From positions 16,392 to 80,391 of the forward strand of contig CAMNLW010000001.1 of assembly GCA_946544115.1 (NCBI GenBank): DNA of 64,000 bases, given 5' to 3'. The position numbers and the translations under genes were made by a program. Within the stretch, counting starts at the first letter, position 1. Each line of letters opens with the position of its first letter. Shown piece after piece: positions 44,906-52,884 of the stretch. The DNA comes from an uncultured Verrucomicrobiota bacterium (GTDB lineage: Bacteria; Verrucomicrobiota; Kiritimatiellia; RFP12; UBA1067). The notes beneath the pieces are model-generated. The model saw only the letters and a list, made by a program, of their open reading frames with translations, was not told where the DNA came from and did no database searches.

Positions 44906-46135
44906 ATGACACAGACTTTACAGATTGTGGTGCTTGCGCTTCTGGTGACGGCGGTCGCCGCGCTCGTCTTCGTCCTCGCCCTCCTGCGTGCCAAGGGCGA
45001 GGCGTGTGAAAGACTTCTCGCCGAGAAGGACGCCGCCTGCGACAAGATGCTCAAGGAGAAGGATGCGGCAGTTGCGCGTCTGGTCGCCGAGAGGGAAAAA
45101 TCCTTCGGACAGGTTGTCGCCACTCTTCGCGAGCAGTTCGCCAATCTCGCCGCCCAGACGCTCAAAGCGCAGGGCGGCGACCTCGCAAAGCTCAACAAGG
45201 ACCAGCTTGAGACCGTGCTGGCGCCTCTGCGCGAGCAGGTCGCGCGTCTGCGCGAATCGACCCTCAAGGCCGAGGCCGACCGCTCCAGCATGAAGTCCGC
45301 CATAGCCGAGAACGTCGGCGCGATCGGCGCGATCGCGGACGAACTCGCCAAGACAGCGTCGGCGCTAGCCTCCAACACGCGCGTGCAGGGGCGCAAGGGC
45401 GAGGATATCCTGGCCGAGAAACTGAGGCAGGCGGGGCTCGAGCTCAACGTGAATTTCTTCCTCCAGGAGGGGACGGGCCGCGAGCGCCCCGACGCACAGG
45501 TGTGCGACACCGAGAACCGCTGGCTGGTGATCGACAGCAAGGTGAGCCTCACGGCGTACATGGAATATGCCTGCGCGAAAAGCGACGACGTCCGCCGCGC
45601 CCGGCTCAAGGCCCATGTGGCGAGCGTAAGGGAGCGCATAAGCGAACTCGCGCGTGTGAAGTATCCGAAGACGCTCGGCGACGAGCATCCCGAGCGCAGC
45701 TACCTGCCGGTGACGGCGATGTTCGTCCCCTACGAGGCGCCCCTTCTGGAGGCGCTGCGCGAGGACGGGTCGCTGTGGCAGTATGCGGCGCAGAACAACG
45801 TCGTCCTCGTGACGCCGCTCACGCTTCTCGCCTACATGCGCCTCGTCTATCTCGCCTGGCAGCATCAGAAGGAGCTCGACAACCAGCATGAGATCGTCAA
45901 CACGGCGCGCGAGCTTCTTACGCGCATGAACGCGTTTCTCATGGCGTTCGAAGGCATAGGCGGCGCGATCGAGAGTCTGCGGCAGGTCTACGCCGACGCC
46001 GGCGCGACACTTGTCGACTCGCCCCGCGCGCAGACCATAGCCAAGGCCGCGAACAGGCTCATAGACCTGCATGTGCGCCTTGAAAGCCGCAAGGGACGGC
46101 GGCTGGAGAAGGCCGCCTGCCTGCAAAGTTGTTAG
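44906..46135 (+). CDS. rmuC: DNA recombination protein RmuC
   Basis: N-terminal TM helix, long coiled coil, then GRKGEDILAEKL..PDAQV...LVIDSKVSLTAY..VTAMFVPYEAPL..VVLVTPLTLLAYM. Confidence 0.88.
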   Translation: MTQTLQIVVLALLVTAVAALVFVLALLRAKGEACERLLAEKDAACDKMLKEKDAAVARLVAEREKSFGQVVATLREQFANLAAQTLKAQGGDLAKLNKDQLETVLAPLREQVARLRESTLKAEADRSSMKSAIAENVGAIGAIADELAKTASALASNTRVQGRKGEDILAEKLRQAGLELNVNFFLQEGTGRERPDAQVCDTENRWLVIDSKVSLTAYMEYACAKSDDVRRARLKAHVASVRERISELARVKYPKTLGDEHPERSYLPVTAMFVPYEAPLLEALREDGSLWQYAAQNNVVLVTPLTLLAYMRLVYLAWQHQKELDNQHEIVNTARELLTRMNAFLMAFEGIGGAIESLRQVYADAGATLVDSPRAQTIAKAANRLIDLHVRLESRKGRRLEKAACLQSC

Positions 46136-46152
46136 CCCCGTAAAATTTCCCC

Positions 46153-46182
46153 TTGCTAACACGGCGGAGATTGTGGTATACT
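46153..46182 (+). promoter_or_regulatory. candidate promoter for the feoA-feoA-feoB operon (TTGCTA-18 nt-TGgTATACT)
   Basis: Lies in the 121-nt gap after rmuC. The predicted leader is ~65 nt and ends in AAGGAGAGGG. Confidence 0.45.
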
Positions 46183-46256
46183 ATGCGCCATGTTAGCCCG
46201 GACTAGCAAAATGAGGCGGGGCGAACACGTTTGAAAGACAAGGAGAGGGAAAGCAA

Positions 46257-46475
46257 ATGCCTTTGGCAATGATGAATGTCGGCGAGAGGGCGCGCGTGAC
46301 GGCGGTCACGGGCGGCGACTCGGTCAAGAAGCATCTGGGGTCGCTCGGGTTCGTGCCGGGCGTCGTGGTGTCGGTCGTGCAGGTCATGGACGGGAGCATG
46401 ATACTCGGCGTGCAGGAGAGCCGCATCGCCGTGAACGAGGATCTTGCGCGCCGCATAATGGTCGAGGCCGCTTGA
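46257..46475 (+). CDS. feoA: FeoA family ferrous iron transport protein
   Basis: 72 aa: VGERARVTAVTGGDSVKKHLGSLGFVPGVVVSVV. AAGGAG lies upstream. Confidence 0.85.
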   Translation: MPLAMMNVGERARVTAVTGGDSVKKHLGSLGFVPGVVVSVVQVMDGSMILGVQESRIAVNEDLARRIMVEAA

Positions 46476-46504
46476 GGATTTACGCAGACAAGGACAAACA
46501 AGCA

Positions 46505-46726
46505 ATGAAAACAATCGGCGACATGAAGATCGGAGAGACGGCGAAGATCGTGCGTCTCAGCGGGGAGGGCGCTGTGAAGCGGCGCATCATGGACATGGGG
46601 CTCACCAAAGGCGCGCAGGTGACCGTTCGCAAGGTCGCCCCGCTAGGCGACCCGATAGAGCTTACGGTGCGCGGCTACGAGCTGTCGATCCGCAAGGACG
46701 AGGCGGCAAAGGTCGAGGTCGAATAG
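46505..46726 (+). CDS. feoA: FeoA family protein (second copy)
   Basis: MKIGETAKIVRLSGEGAVKRRIMDMGLTKGAQVTVRKVAPLGDPIEL. The track start is TTG 46472; I prefer ATG 46505. Confidence 0.8.
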   Translation: MKTIGDMKIGETAKIVRLSGEGAVKRRIMDMGLTKGAQVTVRKVAPLGDPIELTVRGYELSIRKDEAAKVEVE

Positions 46727-46741
46727 GAAAGGAGCGCGGCA

Positions 46742-49126
46742 ATGTCAATCAAGATAGCTCTCGCCGGCAACCCCAATTCGGGCAAGACGACGCTTTTCAA
46801 CGCGCTTACGGGGTCCGACCAGTATGTCGGCAACTGGCCGGGCGTGACGGTCGAAAAGAAAGACGGCATCCTCCAGGGTCGAAAGGACGTCGTCATACAG
46901 GACCTCCCCGGCATCTACTCCCTCTCGCCGTATTCGCTTGAGGAGAAGGTTTCCCGCCGGTTTCTCGTCGAGGAGAACCCCGACGCGATAATAAACATCG
47001 TCGACGGCACGAACATCGAGCGCAACCTGTACCTCTCCACCCAGCTCGCCGAGCTCGGGATCCCGATGGTGATGGCCGTCAACATGATGGACGTCGTCCG
47101 GAAGAACGGCGACAAGATCGACTTCGCCAGGATCGCGAAGGCGCTCAACTGCGAGGTTGTCGGGATAAGCGCCGTAAAGAACGAGGGCGGGCGCGACGCC
47201 GCGATGAAGGCGGTAGAGCTCGCGGAGAAGGGGGCTGCGCGCAAGAGCGAGGTTCCGCACGTCTTCAGCGGCTCGGTAGAGCACGCAATCGCCCACATCG
47301 AGGAGTCGATCCAGGGCAAGGTGAGGAAGTCTGCGATACGCTGGTACGCCATCAAGATATTCGAGCGCGACCGCGAGATCATCAGCGATCTCGGCATCGG
47401 CGTCGGCGACCTGAAGCACATCGAGGAGCACATCCGCGACTGCGAGCGCGAGCTTGACGACGACGCCGAGTCGATCATAACCAGCCAGCGCTACGAGTTC
47501 ATCAAGAACCTCATGGACAAGTCGCTCACCAAGAGCGAAAAGCGCAGGAACAAGGCGACGCTCTCGGACAAGATCGACAAGATCGTGACGAACCGCATTC
47601 TCGCCCTGCCTATTTTCATCCTGTCGCTCTGCGTGATGTGGTGGATAGCTGTTGCGGACGGCGGTCCGGGAACCGTTCTCACCGACTGGGCCAACGACGG
47701 CTTCCTCGGCGACGGATGGCACCTGCCTTTCACAATGCACGAGGTTGACGGCAGAGACTACGAGACCGCGTGCGAAGATTACGCGAAGGCCGAGGCCACG
47801 GTCGCGGCGTGGGAGGCCGGCGAGAAGACCGCGTCCATCGAGGACGAGGAGACCGGCGAGACCGCCGACGAATGGGAGATCGACGAGGCGGCCTACAATG
47901 CGGCCAAGGCTGTCGAAGAGCCCGATCCGTCGGCATACGGCGTCTGGATCCCCGGCATCGGCGCGCTTATCGGCGGCGCTCTTGAAAAGATGGGCGTCAA
48001 TGACACGGTGGCGAGCCTCGTCAACGACGGCGCGTGGGGAGGCGTCGCGACGGTTCTCGGATTCGTGCCGGTGATTTTCGTCGTGTTCCTGTTCCTCTCG
48101 TTCCTCGAGGACTGCGGCTACATGGCGCGCGTGGCGTTCATCATGGACCGCCTCTTCCGCAAGTTCGGACTGTCCGGCAAGAGCTTCATCCCGATGATCG
48201 TAGGCAAGGGCTGCGGCGTGCCGGCCGTGATGGCGGCGAGGACGATCGAGAACAAGCGCGACCAGCGCATGACGATCATCCTCGCGACGTTCATCCCGTG
48301 CGGCGCGAAGACGGTGATCATCGCCATGTTCGCGGCGGTGTTCTTCCGCGAGATGTGGTATGTCGCGCCGCTCATGGACGTTATCGGCATAGCCATAATC
48401 GTCCTCGGCGGCATCGCGCTCAAGAAGTCCAGGGCGTTCGCGGGCGATCCGGCGCCGTTCGTGATGGAGCTTCCCGCCTATCACATGCCGACGCTCTCCG
48501 GCATATGGCACCACACGTGGAACCGCGTGAAGGCCTATATGCTTAAAGCCGGCATGATAATCTTCCCCGCGTGCGTGTTCCTCTGGTTCATCATGAACTA
48601 CGACTTCCACTTCAACCTCGTCGGCGAGGAGGGGATCGACCGGTCGATGCTCGCGACGATGGGCGGCTGGATCGCCTGGCTCTTCGCGCCGCTCGGCTTC
48701 GGCACGTGGCAGGGCGCGGCGGCGTCGGTCTCGGCCGAGATCGCCAAGGAGCAGGCCACGGCCACGCTCGGCCTCGTCGCGGCCGGTTTTGACGGCGCGA
48801 CAACGGCCTCCAACATCACGGCGCTCTTCGGATCGTTCAGCGACTTCCCGAAGCTCGCGGCGATGTCGTTCATGATCTTCAACCTCTTCATTCCGCCCTG
48901 CATGGTGGCGATCGCCGTCACGTTCCGCGAGATGGGGTCGAAGGCGTGGGGCTGGTTCGCTGTAGGCTTCCAGCTTCTGGTAGGCTATGTTCTCGCAATG
49001 TCGGTCTACCAGATAGGAATGTTCTGCGCAGGCGGTTCGTTCGGCGTCTGGACGGCGGTCGCGATACTTGCCGACCTCGTCGCGGCGTGGTTCGTGTTGC
49101 GCCCCGGCCGCAAGGAGGGGAAGTGA
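46742..49126 (+). CDS. feoB: ferrous iron transporter FeoB
   Basis: G-domain IALAGNPNSGKTTLFNALTG..VQDLPGIYSL, followed by a polytopic membrane domain. An acidic insert of ~60 aa lies around nt 47760-47950. Confidence 0.93.
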   Translation: MSIKIALAGNPNSGKTTLFNALTGSDQYVGNWPGVTVEKKDGILQGRKDVVIQDLPGIYSLSPYSLEEKVSRRFLVEENPDAIINIVDGTNIERNLYLSTQLAELGIPMVMAVNMMDVVRKNGDKIDFARIAKALNCEVVGISAVKNEGGRDAAMKAVELAEKGAARKSEVPHVFSGSVEHAIAHIEESIQGKVRKSAIRWYAIKIFERDREIISDLGIGVGDLKHIEEHIRDCERELDDDAESIITSQRYEFIKNLMDKSLTKSEKRRNKATLSDKIDKIVTNRILALPIFILSLCVMWWIAVADGGPGTVLTDWANDGFLGDGWHLPFTMHEVDGRDYETACEDYAKAEATVAAWEAGEKTASIEDEETGETADEWEIDEAAYNAAKAVEEPDPSAYGVWIPGIGALIGGALEKMGVNDTVASLVNDGAWGGVATVLGFVPVIFVVFLFLSFLEDCGYMARVAFIMDRLFRKFGLSGKSFIPMIVGKGCGVPAVMAARTIENKRDQRMTIILATFIPCGAKTVIIAMFAAVFFREMWYVAPLMDVIGIAIIVLGGIALKKSRAFAGDPAPFVMELPAYHMPTLSGIWHHTWNRVKAYMLKAGMIIFPACVFLWFIMNYDFHFNLVGEEGIDRSMLATMGGWIAWLFAPLGFGTWQGAAASVSAEIAKEQATATLGLVAAGFDGATTASNITALFGSFSDFPKLAAMSFMIFNLFIPPCMVAIAVTFREMGSKAWGWFAVGFQLLVGYVLAMSVYQIGMFCAGGSFGVWTAVAILADLVAAWFVLRPGRKEGK

Positions 49127-49127
49127 G

Positions 49128-49313
49128 ATGAACGCGTCTTCGGCGGCAGTCTTCGCCGCGGTGGTGGCGCTCGCCCTCCTCGCCGCATGGCGCACCTTCA
49201 GGAAGGGCGCGCCGTGCGAGTGCGGCGGGAGCCGCAGAATGTGCGCCGGCAAGTGCCGTTCGTGCGCCGGCGGAGACTGCGCCGGGCATTGCGAATGCGG
49301 GCACGACCGCTGA
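49128..49313 (+). CDS. FeoB-associated Cys-rich small membrane protein
   Basis: 61 aa: one TM helix (AAVFAAVVALALLAAW), then CECGGSRRMCAGKCRSCAGGDCAGHCECGH (8 Cys, 2 His). The ATG is 1 nt after the feoB stop. Confidence 0.7.
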   Translation: MNASSAAVFAAVVALALLAAWRTFRKGAPCECGGSRRMCAGKCRSCAGGDCAGHCECGHDR

Positions 49314-49319
49314 ACAATT

Positions 49320-49328
49320 TGATATAAT
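49320..49328 (+). promoter_or_regulatory. candidate extended -10 (TGaTATAAT) for the Cys-rich outer-membrane protein gene
   Basis: Lies 7 nt after the stop of the FeoB-associated gene and 36 nt upstream of ATG 49365. Confidence 0.45.
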
Positions 49329-49364
49329 CGAAAAACCAAACCAAAGAAACCAAGGAGAAAAACA

Positions 49365-50339
49365 ATGACGACAAAACTGATGACGCTGGCTGCGGCACTC
49401 GCCCTCGGATCGAGCCTTTTCGCCGATCCGTGCAAGTGCGGCAAGCCCGAATGCAAGTGCGGCGACGAGTGCAGGTGCACCGCCGAGACATGCAAGTGCG
49501 GATGCGGGACGGATAAAGACGTTCTCGCCGAGGAGGAGGATGACGCGTTCGTCTCCGCCGAGTTCGGCCTCGCGTTCGATTCGAAGTATCTCACCTACGG
49601 TGTGGTCGACGGCAAGGACCCGATCCTCACGCCCGGCGCGACGGTGACGTTCTTCGACACGTTCTACTTCGGCGTCGAGGCGATCTTCGACGTGACGAAG
49701 GGCAACGGCAAGCGCGGCGGCTACGGCAACCGTGCGTTCAAGTACACGACCCTCGACGGCATCGTCGGCGTGACCCGTGACTTCGATCTCGGCGAGACGC
49801 TCGGCGCCCTCTCGGTCGACTTCAACTACATCTACGAGTACATCCCGCGCCACCACGACAGCATGGACGACACGCAGTATCTCAACCTCGAGCTTTCGCT
49901 CGGCGACCTCTGGCTGGAGCCGACGCTCGCCATCGAGCGCGACCTCATGGCCGACGACGGCACCTACGTCAACTTCGAGATCGGTCACGAGTTCGCGCTC
50001 ATCGACGGCGAGAGCGAAGACGACGACCCCGTGCTCGCGTTCCGTCCTTCGGTCGGCCAGGGCTTCGGCAACTCCCAGCGCACGGCCGGCTACTTCGGCG
50101 AGTCGACCGAGGGCTTCGACCATGCGGGTCTTATGGACACGAACATCAAGGGCGAGTTCACGTGGAACATCTGCGAGAACCTCGCGCTCTCGGCCTACGT
50201 CGCCTATTACGACTACCTCTTCGACCGCAACATGCGCCACGCCGCCCGCGACTACAACGGCGGATGGAGCAGCCGCAGCGACAAGTATCGTGATTCGCAC
50301 CAGTTCGTCTGGGGCCTCGCGCTCACTGCCGCATTCTGA
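49365..50339 (+). CDS. putative outer-membrane beta-barrel protein with an N-terminal metallothionein-like Cys cluster
   Basis: Signal peptide ...LGSSLFA-DP, then CKCGKPECKCGDECRCTAETCKCGCG (9 Cys in 25 aa). The rest has alternating amphipathic strands rich in Y/F/G/D and ends in ...WGLALTAAF with a terminal Phe. AAGGAG lies 8 nt upstream. Confidence 0.7.
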   Translation: MTTKLMTLAAALALGSSLFADPCKCGKPECKCGDECRCTAETCKCGCGTDKDVLAEEEDDAFVSAEFGLAFDSKYLTYGVVDGKDPILTPGATVTFFDTFYFGVEAIFDVTKGNGKRGGYGNRAFKYTTLDGIVGVTRDFDLGETLGALSVDFNYIYEYIPRHHDSMDDTQYLNLELSLGDLWLEPTLAIERDLMADDGTYVNFEIGHEFALIDGESEDDDPVLAFRPSVGQGFGNSQRTAGYFGESTEGFDHAGLMDTNIKGEFTWNICENLALSAYVAYYDYLFDRNMRHAARDYNGGWSSRSDKYRDSHQFVWGLALTAAF

Positions 50340-50369
50340 TCTCCAGTCCGGAGAGTTGGTTCCGAGTGG

Positions 50370-50400
50370 GCCGTCCCTGCATTGCGCAGGGGCGGCTTTT
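50370..50400 (+). terminator. rho-independent terminator after the outer-membrane protein gene
   Basis: GCCGTCCCTGC-attgc-GCAGGGGCGGC forms an 11-bp stem with one G-U pair, followed by TTTT. It starts 31 nt after the stop at 50339. Confidence 0.7.
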
Positions 50401-50489
50401 CCTGCGTCTCGCCGCCGCCGCCCGGCAGGGCCTTGCCGGCTTGACGGCCGTCTTGTCAAAGCAAACGCAAGACCTTCCCTGTGAAACTA

Positions 50490-50498
50490 TGGTATAAT
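50490..50498 (+). promoter_or_regulatory. candidate extended -10 (TGgTATAAT) for the PspC-domain gene, predicting a leaderless mRNA
   Basis: CTATGGTATAATattcttcATG: 7 nt separate the -10 from the ATG. Confidence 0.5.
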
Positions 50499-50505
50499 AT
50501 TCTTC

Positions 50506-50715
50506 ATGGACAATCTCTATAGAAGTTCCGACGAAAAGGTCGTCGCCGGGGTGTGCGCAGGTCTTGCGCACAAATTCGATTGCAATGCAAACGGATTGCG
50601 CTGCGTAGTGGTGCTGGTTACGCTGTTTTTGTCCGGCATACCTCTTTTTGTGTATGCCGCGATGTGGATGATTCTCAAGGAACGTCCGACGGCCGGGGGA
50701 GTGATCGACGTGTAA
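50506..50715 (+). CDS. PspC domain-containing membrane protein
   Basis: LYRSSDEKVVAGVCAGLAHKF, followed by a TM helix. Confidence 0.75.
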   Translation: MDNLYRSSDEKVVAGVCAGLAHKFDCNANGLRCVVVLVTLFLSGIPLFVYAAMWMILKERPTAGGVIDV

Positions 50716-50730
50716 ACCGGTCGCCGTGAA

Positions 50731-51666
50731 ATGCTTTTCTGCCTCGTCCACTCGCTGATGCTCTGCGCCGCGCTTGCTTTCGCGGACACGAAAACGCTGG
50801 CCGTCCAGATATGTCTGGACCGCGCGGGATACTCGTGCAACACGATCGACGGACAGTGGGGGCGCAAGTCGCAGTCGGCTCTGGACCGCTACTGCCGCGA
50901 CCGCGGCCTTCCCGTGCCGTCTTCGCCTGAGGCCGCCTGCGACGCGCTCTTCGCGAACGAAAAGAACCTCTTCAAACGCGTCGCCGTGACATCGGCCGAC
51001 ATCGCCTCGCTCGTCGTCATGCCTGCGACGCCAGCCGGGAAAGCAGAGCTGGACCACATGGGCTATTCCTCCATAAAGGAGATGTTCGCCGAGCGCGGGC
51101 ATGTGAGCCGTCGCGCCCTTGAAAGGCTCAATCCCGCCCAGGACTGGTCGAAGGTGAGGCCTGGCGACATGATACTTCTGCCCGATTTCCCGTCCGTCGA
51201 GGAGGAGCTTTCGGCGTGGCCGAGGTCGCGTCCGGGCGCATTGAAGCGTCCGGTAGCCGCGCTCGTGAAGGTTTCGCTGTCACGCTTCGAGATAGAGGTC
51301 TACGACAGGTCTGGCAGGCTGCTCGGGCTTTATCCCTGCTCGATAGCGCGCGACAAGGCGAAACTCCCGCCAAAGGGGGAACTCCGGCTCACGACCCCCG
51401 TCGCGAATCCCAACTACACCTACACCCCCGATCACGTGCCGCCGGGCGCGAAAGCGTCGCGCCACATTCTGCCTGCGGGCCCGCGAAACCCCGTAGGCGT
51501 CGCGTGGCTCGGGCTGGACCTTGCGGGCTACGGCATTCACGGCACGCCCACCCCCGAGACGATCGGCAGCGCCGAGTCGCACGGATGCTTCAGGCTGTCG
51601 AACTGGAACGCGGCGAGGCTCTACGCGCTGTGCCCGGCCGGAACGCGCGTGATCGTCGAGCCGTGA
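50731..51666 (+). CDS. L,D-transpeptidase (YkuD) with an N-terminal peptidoglycan-binding-like domain
   Basis: Catalytic motif GIHGTPTPETIGSAESHGCFRLSNWNA. PG-binding-like GYSCNTIDGQWGRKSQSALDRYCRDRGLP. Signal peptide present. Confidence 0.88.
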   Translation: MLFCLVHSLMLCAALAFADTKTLAVQICLDRAGYSCNTIDGQWGRKSQSALDRYCRDRGLPVPSSPEAACDALFANEKNLFKRVAVTSADIASLVVMPATPAGKAELDHMGYSSIKEMFAERGHVSRRALERLNPAQDWSKVRPGDMILLPDFPSVEEELSAWPRSRPGALKRPVAALVKVSLSRFEIEVYDRSGRLLGLYPCSIARDKAKLPPKGELRLTTPVANPNYTYTPDHVPPGAKASRHILPAGPRNPVGVAWLGLDLAGYGIHGTPTPETIGSAESHGCFRLSNWNAARLYALCPAGTRVIVEP

Positions 51667-51677
51667 TCGAGGAAAGA

Positions 51678-51686
51678 TGATATAAT
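51678..51686 (+). promoter_or_regulatory. candidate extended -10 (TGaTATAAT) for rnd
   Basis: Lies 12 nt after the L,D-transpeptidase stop and 30 nt upstream of ATG 51717. Confidence 0.45.
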
Positions 51687-51716
51687 ACCTTCTCTAGAAA
51701 ACAAGGACAAGTAACG

Positions 51717-52814
51717 ATGGGAGATCTGATTACAACCACCGCCGCGCTTGAGGCGGCATGCGAGAAGGCGAAGAACTGCGGGCATCTTGCGCTGGACACC
51801 GAGTTCGTCTGGCGGCATACGTACCTTCCCCAGCTGGGAATAGTGCAGCTCGGCGCGGACGGCGACTGCCGGGCCGTGGACTGCGCGAAGGGGCTCGACC
51901 CGTCGCCGCTCGGCAGGGCAGTGGCCGATGAAGGCGTGGTGAAGATTCTGCACGACGCCCGCCAGGATCTGGCGCTCGTCAAACGCTATACAGGCGCGAG
52001 CCCGAAGAACGTGTTCGACACGCAACTTGCGGCCGCCTTCGCCGGGTTCGCCTCCGGGCTGGGCCTGCAGAAACTCCTCTTCGAGACGCTCGACGTGGGC
52101 CTCGCCAAGACCGAGACATGCACCGACTGGACGAGGAGGCCGCTTTCCGAGGCGCAGGTTCGCTACGCGCTCGACGACGTGCGCTATCTCGCGGCGCTGA
52201 GGGAGGAGCTTCTGCGCCGCGCGGACGCCCTCGGCACGCGGGCGTGGCTGGAGGAGGAGATGGCGCGCTACAACGAGGAGGCGCTTTACGACGAGTCGGC
52301 GCCGCAGGAGATGTGGCGGCGCGTGAAGCTGCGCAGCGCCAGACCGGGCAGACGCGGTTTCGCCGTGCTGCGGGCGGTCGCCGCGCTGCGCGAGGAGCTC
52401 GCCCGCGAATGGAACCTGCCGCGGGCGTGGCTCGGCTCTGATGAATCGCTCGTCGAGATGGCGGAACGCGGGCGTGTGGGGCGGCTCGTCCACAGACTCG
52501 GCGGCGGCCGCGCGGCGCAGCTTCGCGCGCGCTATGCCGACGCGGTGGCGGCCGCGCTCGAAACTCCCGAGGAGGATTGTCCCGAGGATCCGCGCGTGCA
52601 TTATATAGGAGAGGTGCTTGACGCGGCCGACAAAGCGCTTGAGTGGCTCGAGCGCCGCGCCCCGGAGCTGCACGTCGACCATGCTGTGATCGCGAACCGC
52701 GCGACGGTGACGGCATTCGTGGACAACGTGGCGGACGGGTCCAATCCGCTCGCTCGCGGGTGGCGCTGGGAGGCCGTGGGGCGCGACATGGCCGGTAGAT
52801 TCGGCGTGGACTGA
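51717..52814 (+). CDS. rnd: ribonuclease D (DEDD 3'-5' exonuclease plus HRDC)
   Basis: LALDTEFVWRHTYLPQLGIVQL, KILHDARQDL, Y.ALDDVRYL, and an HRDC-like FAVLRAVAALREELAREWNLPR. Confidence 0.88.
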   Translation: MGDLITTTAALEAACEKAKNCGHLALDTEFVWRHTYLPQLGIVQLGADGDCRAVDCAKGLDPSPLGRAVADEGVVKILHDARQDLALVKRYTGASPKNVFDTQLAAAFAGFASGLGLQKLLFETLDVGLAKTETCTDWTRRPLSEAQVRYALDDVRYLAALREELLRRADALGTRAWLEEEMARYNEEALYDESAPQEMWRRVKLRSARPGRRGFAVLRAVAALREELAREWNLPRAWLGSDESLVEMAERGRVGRLVHRLGGGRAAQLRARYADAVAAALETPEEDCPEDPRVHYIGEVLDAADKALEWLERRAPELHVDHAVIANRATVTAFVDNVADGSNPLARGWRWEAVGRDMAGRFGVD

Positions 52815-52847
52815 TTCATCCGGCAGTAGACACTAAACCGAAGAATG

Positions 52848-52856
52848 TGGTATAAT
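52848..52856 (+). promoter_or_regulatory. candidate extended -10 (TGgTATAAT) for the gspF-pseudopilin operon
   Basis: AATGTGGTATAATtatc, 28 nt upstream of ATG 52885. Confidence 0.5.
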
Positions 52857-52884
52857 TATCACAACACTTGACAAGGGTTGAAAC

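Noticed and set aside
44510-45639. ORFs running through the tandem repeat (44510-44896 + and 44680-45639 -). They give repetitive peptides such as WAKSGQDLGKVWARLGQSLGK.
   Set aside because: The peptide periodicity is just the 22-bp DNA repeat read in frame. The ORFs overlap nth or rmuC, have no start context, and sit in the promoter region.
46136-46256. Fur box, riboswitch or small RNA upstream of feoA.
   Set aside because: I could find no Fur-box-like 19-mer and no conserved-looking structured element by eye. Only short inverted hexamers are present, and these are reported separately at low interest.
46745-49594. 949-aa minus-strand ORF opposite feoB and the Cys-rich genes.
   Set aside because: It is antisense to a clearly recognisable feoB. 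Its composition is low-complexity and Arg/His/Asp/Glu-rich with no domain-like motifs.
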